In this document: piece by piece, positions 28,187 to 32,000 of the stretch
Position numbering within the stretch: position 1 is the first letter of the stretch
Layout of the letters: each line of letters opens with the position of its first letter
Made by a program: the position numbers and the translations under genes
The notes under the pieces: model-generated
Seen by the model: the letters and a program-made list of their open reading frames with translations, nothing else
What the model was told of the DNA's origin: nothing
Databases searched by the model: none
Source of the DNA: Desulfobulbus propionicus DSM 2032
GTDB lineage: Bacteria > Desulfobacterota > Desulfobulbia > Desulfobulbales > Desulfobulbaceae
Length of the DNA: 32,000 nt
Direction of reading: 5' to 3'
Assembly (NCBI RefSeq): GCF_000186885.1
Contig: NC_014972.1
Location: 3,630,001-3,662,000 of the forward strand

Positions 28187-28546
28187 ATGGAATGTGAACA
28201 ACTGATCCGACTCATTAAAGACTGGTACCTCAGGGTTAAGCAAGAAACCATGGCTCCGGCTCGGATGATGCAATTTGTCGACCAACACGTCAAAAACTGC
28301 TGCATCTGCCAGGCTGACCTCCTCCTGCCCGATGAGGTGGAAAAAATCAGAGAATTCGTTCTCCCGGAATCGAAGATCCCCAAGGCCTCGCGCTCGCTGG
28401 ACGATACGACCCCAGAAATTTCTCCCGGCGAGGAGGACGATTTTGATGAGGATGACGAGTACGTCGACGACACCGACGATGAGCTCGATGAAGACGATAT
28501 TGACGACGACGAAGAAGATGATCTCAGCGATGACGATGTTATCTGA
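28187..28546 (+). CDS. hypothetical protein with a Cys-containing N-terminal domain and an extreme Asp/Glu-rich C-terminal tail
   Basis: Track ORF 28154..28546 (TTG start), with ATG 28187 (MECEQLIRLIKDWYL...) preferred. The N-terminal roughly 70 aa look globular (HVKNCCICQADLLLPDEVEKIREF). The last 50 residues contain 31 Asp/Glu by my count. There is no clear SD, so the coding call rests on length and codon pattern. Confidence 0.55.
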   Translation: MECEQLIRLIKDWYLRVKQETMAPARMMQFVDQHVKNCCICQADLLLPDEVEKIREFVLPESKIPKASRSLDDTTPEISPGEEDDFDEDDEYVDDTDDELDEDDIDDDEEDDLSDDDVI

Positions 28547-28589
28547 TCCGTGTTGCCCTCTGTCGAGCATCAGCCGGTAGGGGATCCCC

Positions 28590-29573
28590 TTGCGTGCGCA
28601 ACAACACAGCGATCAGGGCAATACAACGAGACTGGTTGTCAGTCTCGTTTTTTTTTCCTTGCTCCTGGTTTGCGGTCCCATCGCTGTCCTGCCGGCGACC
28701 GCAGACAGCAAGGCGCACCCGATCTATGAGCGTGTTGTCTCGCTCAGTCCCTTGATCACCGAAAACATTTTTCTGCTCGGTGCGGGGAACAGCCTGGTCG
28801 GCAACACCATCTACTGTCAGCGACCGGAAGCGGCTCAGCACATCGAGAAAGTGGGTTCGGTCCAGGAATTGAGTCTCGAGAAGATCGTCAGCTTGAACCC
28901 CCAACTGATCCTGGCCAGCAACCTGACCCCGCCTCAAACGGTCGAGCAGCTGCGCTCCCTGGCGTTGCGGGTCGAGACCTTTGGCCAGCCCGCTTCCTTT
29001 GAGGATATCTGCAATCATTTCCTTAGATTGGGAGCAATACTCAACCGGAACGAATACGCCGTAGCCCTTGTTGATCAAGCCAGGCGCAAGGTCGATGCCG
29101 TTCGCCGTGCGGTGAGCTCGTTGCCGCGCCGCAAGGTTTTTCTCCAAGTCGGCGCCCATCCGCTGTTCTCCTCGGTACAGAGTTCCTTCACCCATGATTT
29201 CATTGAACTGGGGGGCGGCATCAATATCGCCGGCGAGCAGAAAACAGGCGCGATGAAAACGGAACAAGTCCTTGCCTTGAATCCAGATCTGATCATCATC
29301 GCGGTCATGGGTTCGGAAAATGGCATCGGTGCCGAGGAAAAGGCGCGGTGGATGCGCTTTTCCACCCTTGAGGCGGTCCGCGCCAATCAGGTCCACGTCA
29401 TGGATCCGAATCTGGTCTGCAGCCCCTCTCCCACCACCTTTGCCGATACCCTGGTGACCATTGCCCGCCTGATCCATCCGCAGGCGGCCATCGCCGCACC
29501 GGATGCAGCAGGTGGGCCGCACACGAGTTCAAACCACCTTCCCGTAGCCGAGGTTGGGGGGCGGCAGCAGTGA
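28590..29573 (+). CDS. periplasmic binding protein, BtuF/FhuD-like (cobalamin/iron-siderophore class)
   Basis: TTG start with AGGGGA 6 nt upstream. Signal peptide is LVVSLVFFSLLLVCGPIAVLPATA. Class pattern: RVVSLSPLITENIFLLGAGNSLVG, SLEKIVSLNPQLILAS, LNPDLIIIAVMG, ANQVHVMDPNLV. Confidence 0.75.
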   Translation: MRAQQHSDQGNTTRLVVSLVFFSLLLVCGPIAVLPATADSKAHPIYERVVSLSPLITENIFLLGAGNSLVGNTIYCQRPEAAQHIEKVGSVQELSLEKIVSLNPQLILASNLTPPQTVEQLRSLALRVETFGQPASFEDICNHFLRLGAILNRNEYAVALVDQARRKVDAVRRAVSSLPRRKVFLQVGAHPLFSSVQSSFTHDFIELGGGINIAGEQKTGAMKTEQVLALNPDLIIIAVMGSENGIGAEEKARWMRFSTLEAVRANQVHVMDPNLVCSPSPTTFADTLVTIARLIHPQAAIAAPDAAGGPHTSSNHLPVAEVGGRQQ

Positions 29574-30046
29574 CACCGCGATCAATCGGGCCCAAACACG
29601 GCGATCTGTGTTCGCTGGGGGAACGCCTCGCCGGGATCTACTCCAGGAAACAGTGGAACCGGCAGTGGCGCTTGTTTCAGCTGGCCCGCCAATGGCCCTC
29701 AATCGTCGGCGCCGATTATGCCCGGCTGACCACGCCTGCTTTTTTCCGCCAGCAGACCTTGTGGATCTATGTGCAAGATTCCTCCTGGATGCACCACCTC
29801 CAATTCGTTAAGCTTGACCTGCTGGCCCGAATCAACCTGGCGATGGACGATCAGCCGGTTGCGGATATTCGCTGGCAGCTGCAACCGCAAGAGTCAGCGC
29901 CGTCAGCGTCGCGCCCGACCATCCCCCCCACCGTCGATGTCGCGGAAGAACAATCCTTCCTGCGCATGGCCGAAGGTATCGCCAACCCGGAATGCCGCAC
30001 CGCCCTGCAGCGATTGTGGCGGACCTTTGCCGCCGCCAGGGAATAA
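29570..30046 (+). CDS. DUF721 / DciA-like protein
   Basis: GTG start overlaps the upstream stop (GTGA). The core W-PSIVGADYARLTTPAFFRQQTLWIYVQDSSWMHHLQFVKLDLLARIN matches the DUF721 pattern (W..IVG...a..t.P......tL.v.v.ss.w..eL.....ll..in) as I remember it. Confidence 0.6.
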   Translation: MTPRSIGPKHGDLCSLGERLAGIYSRKQWNRQWRLFQLARQWPSIVGADYARLTTPAFFRQQTLWIYVQDSSWMHHLQFVKLDLLARINLAMDDQPVADIRWQLQPQESAPSASRPTIPPTVDVAEEQSFLRMAEGIANPECRTALQRLWRTFAAARE

Positions 30047-30162
30047 CCTCATCCGCTCCACCGACAGCGTCCGATCCACTCGAGCCGTGTTGTCCAGAGG
30101 CTCTTGTCTCCTCCATCCAGCCGCCTTCCTTGAACAAATTTCCTCCCGACAAGGCGCATATT

Positions 30163-30191
30163 TTGCGCTTTGCCCGCAAATAGGCTATGTT
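30163..30191 (+). promoter_or_regulatory. candidate sigma70-type promoter upstream of the cysteine synthase-CysRS-like ORF
   Basis: TTGCGC (30163-30168), a 17-nt spacer, then TATGTT (30186-30191), about 48 nt upstream of ATG 30239. The -35 overlaps a small inverted repeat, GCGCA-TATTT-TGCGC (30154-30168). Pattern match only. Confidence 0.25.
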
Positions 30192-30238
30192 GTCGGCTGC
30201 GTTTATCGTTTTGATTCCTTGAAACACCCGTGGCAAAC

Positions 30239-32000
30239 ATGAAACTCGTTGAATTAATAGGCAAGACTCCTCTGGTCGAGTTGGCTCGGCTCAATCCCGC
30301 CGCTGGCAAGGTCCAACTGCTGGGCAAACTCGAATCCCGCAATCCCGGGGGCTCAATCAAGGACCGGGTTGCCCTGTCCATGGTCGAAGCCGCCGAAAAA
30401 AGCGGCGAACTGACCCGCGACAAGATCCTCCTCGAAGCCACCAGCGGCAATACCGGTATCGGCATGGCCATGGTGTGCGCGGCCAAACAGTACCGTTGCC
30501 AGCTGATCATGCCGGAATCGGCGTCCATCGAGCGACGGCTGATCATGCAGGCCTACGGCGCGGAGATCATCCTCACTCCGGCCAAGCGGGCCACCGACGG
30601 AGCGATCGAGAAGGCCTATGCCCTGGCCCGCGAACATCCTGACCGCTACTTTCTCGCCGACCAATTCAACAACCCCGCCAACTGGCAAGCCCATTACACC
30701 TCGACCGCGCCAGAGATCTGGCAACAGACAGAGGGCAAGGTCACCGACATCATCGTCACCTTGGGCACCTCGGGCACGGCCATGGGACTGTCCCGCTGGT
30801 TCCGCGACCACCATCCCGAGGTGCGGGTGATTGCCGTGGAACCTCATCCCGGCCACAAGATCCAGGGGCTGAAGAACATGAAGGAGTCCTACAAACCCGG
30901 CATCTTCGACAAAACCCTGCCCCATGCCATCGTCAACGTGGCCGATGCGGATGCCTTTGCCACCGTTCGCCGCCTGGCCGCCGAGGAGGGCGTTTTTGCC
31001 GGCATGAGCAGCGGCGCGGCCATGTTTGTCGCCATGGAGCGGGCCCGGGAAATCGACGGGGGATGCATCGTCGTCATCCTGCCCGACGGCGGTGAACGCT
31101 ACCTGAGCACCCCACTGTTCAAACAGCCGGCCAAGAGCAAGGAAGAGGCGTCGCAGCTGCGGTTGTTCAACACCATGACCCGGAAAAAAGAGGTCTTCCA
31201 ACCGATTCGCGACAACCGAGTGACCCTCTATGCCTGTGGGCCGACCGCCGCCGAATCGCCCAACATCGCCCACTGCCGCCGCCTCATCGTTGCCGATCTC
31301 ATCAACCGCTCCCTCCTCGCCCAGGGGTACGCGGTCGAACTGTACATGAACTTCACCGATCTCGACGACAACACCATCACCGGCGCCATTGACGCCGGCG
31401 CTGACCTGCGCGAGTTCACGGGACGATACATCGACGAGTTCAAGCAGGCCATCGAGGCCCTCAACGTGCAGCAGGCCACCGGCTATCCGCTCGCCTCCGA
31501 GCATGTCGGCCACATGATCGAAATCGCCCACGACCTGATCCACAAAGGATATGCTTACGAGAAACTCGGGTCGATCTATTTCGATATTTCCAAATTCAAA
31601 CACTACGGCCGCCTCTCGGGAATCGACTTGAGCAAAATCAAGATCGGCCAGACCGTGGACCTCGACAACTACGAGAAGGACAACCCCCGCGACTTCACCC
31701 TGCTCAAGCGGTCCACCCTGGCGGAGCTGAAAAAGGGCATTTTCTACGAAACCGACTGGGGCAATATCCGCCCCGGCTGGCATATCGAGTGCTCGGCCAT
31801 GTCGACCAACTATCTCGGGGAAACCATCGACATCCACACCGCCAGCCAGGATCTGCTCTTTCCTCATCACGAAAACGAGATCGCCATCGCCGAGGCCCTG
31901 ACCGGCAAACCGCTGGCCAACTACTGGCTCCACTCCGGTCAACTGCTCATGGACGGCCGCAAAATGGCCAAGGAAACCGGCAACGTGGTCACCCTGCGCG
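30239..32000 (+). CDS. fusion protein: CysM/CysK-family cysteine synthase (N-terminal) and cysteinyl-tRNA-synthetase-like catalytic domain (C-terminal); 3' end lies beyond the window
   Basis: It is not in the ORF track because there is no stop in the window. I walked all 587 codons from ATG 30239 to 32000 without meeting a stop; an in-frame TGA lies upstream at 30212. The N-terminal domain has NPGGSIKDR, TSGNTG, LGTSGT and HKIQGLKNMKE. From nt 31157 the sequence is colinear with CysRS from its first residues: LRLFNTMTRKKEVFQPI, LYACGPT, NFTDLDDNTI, RPGWHIECSAM, FPHHENEIA, MDGRKMAKETGN. Confidence 0.85.
   Translation, partial: MKLVELIGKTPLVELARLNPAAGKVQLLGKLESRNPGGSIKDRVALSMVEAAEKSGELTRDKILLEATSGNTGIGMAMVCAAKQYRCQLIMPESASIERRLIMQAYGAEIILTPAKRATDGAIEKAYALAREHPDRYFLADQFNNPANWQAHYTSTAPEIWQQTEGKVTDIIVTLGTSGTAMGLSRWFRDHHPEVRVIAVEPHPGHKIQGLKNMKESYKPGIFDKTLPHAIVNVADADAFATVRRLAAEEGVFAGMSSGAAMFVAMERAREIDGGCIVVILPDGGERYLSTPLFKQPAKSKEEASQLRLFNTMTRKKEVFQPIRDNRVTLYACGPTAAESPNIAHCRRLIVADLINRSLLAQGYAVELYMNFTDLDDNTITGAIDAGADLREFTGRYIDEFKQAIEALNVQQATGYPLASEHVGHMIEIAHDLIHKGYAYEKLGSIYFDISKFKHYGRLSGIDLSKIKIGQTVDLDNYEKDNPRDFTLLKRSTLAELKKGIFYETDWGNIRPGWHIECSAMSTNYLGETIDIHTASQDLLFPHHENEIAIAEALTGKPLANYWLHSGQLLMDGRKMAKETGNVVTLR

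Noticed and set aside
28547-28589. Cobalamin riboswitch upstream of the BtuF-like gene
   Set aside because: The gap is only about 43 nt and no B12-box-like sequence is visible. The 113 nt upstream of the acidic-protein gene is also too short.
30353-31942. 529-aa minus-strand ORF, the only long track entry at the 3' end of the window
   Set aside because: It is antisense to the open-ended + strand ORF, which carries clear cysteine synthase and CysRS motifs. The translation is Gly/Val/Ala/Asp-rich without motifs, so it is a shadow ORF.

Overview
GC-rich bacterial chromosomal window with no rRNA, CRISPR array, transposase or integrase. The gene content and a selC gene suggest an anaerobic, Desulfobacterota-like organism, but that is inference only.

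Layout:
- 1-10.2 kb, housekeeping genes: pyrC (5' fragment), pyrB, lepB, a UshA/NadN-type 5'-nucleotidase lipoprotein, a small membrane protein, secB, uvrA, glyQ and a CspA-family gene. The csp gene sits in an unusually long pyrimidine-rich non-coding island.
- 10.4-24.9 kb, 14 co-directional minus-strand genes. A sigma-less partner-switching module comes first: periplasmic binding protein, Cache-HAMP-PP2C phosphatase, STAS antagonist and RsbW-like kinase.
- It is followed by a tightly translationally coupled operon of unknown product: secreted cupin, benzoate-CoA-ligase-family adenylating enzyme, acyl carrier protein and a GNAT-like protein. Next is a 440-aa protein whose N-terminus looks like a degenerate RsbW-type domain. 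The operon ends with a HisC-family aminotransferase, a three-subunit molybdenum hydroxylase and an MFS transporter.
- 25.3-32 kb: 3D-domain lipoprotein, two-domain PPK2, tRNA-Sec (selC), a protein with an extreme poly-Asp/Glu tail, an orphan BtuF-like binding protein coupled to a DUF721/DciA-like gene, and an open-ended + strand ORF.

That last ORF is absent from the supplied ORF track because it has no stop in the window. It encodes a CysM-like cysteine synthase fused in frame to a CysRS-like catalytic domain whose HIGH and KMSKS motifs are altered.

The two best candidates for undescribed biology are this fusion (2.2 kb from selC) and the partner-switching module plus carrier-protein/Mo-hydroxylase operon.

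Most long ORFs antisense to these genes are GC-driven shadow ORFs. All homology statements are by-eye motif recognition, not database searches.
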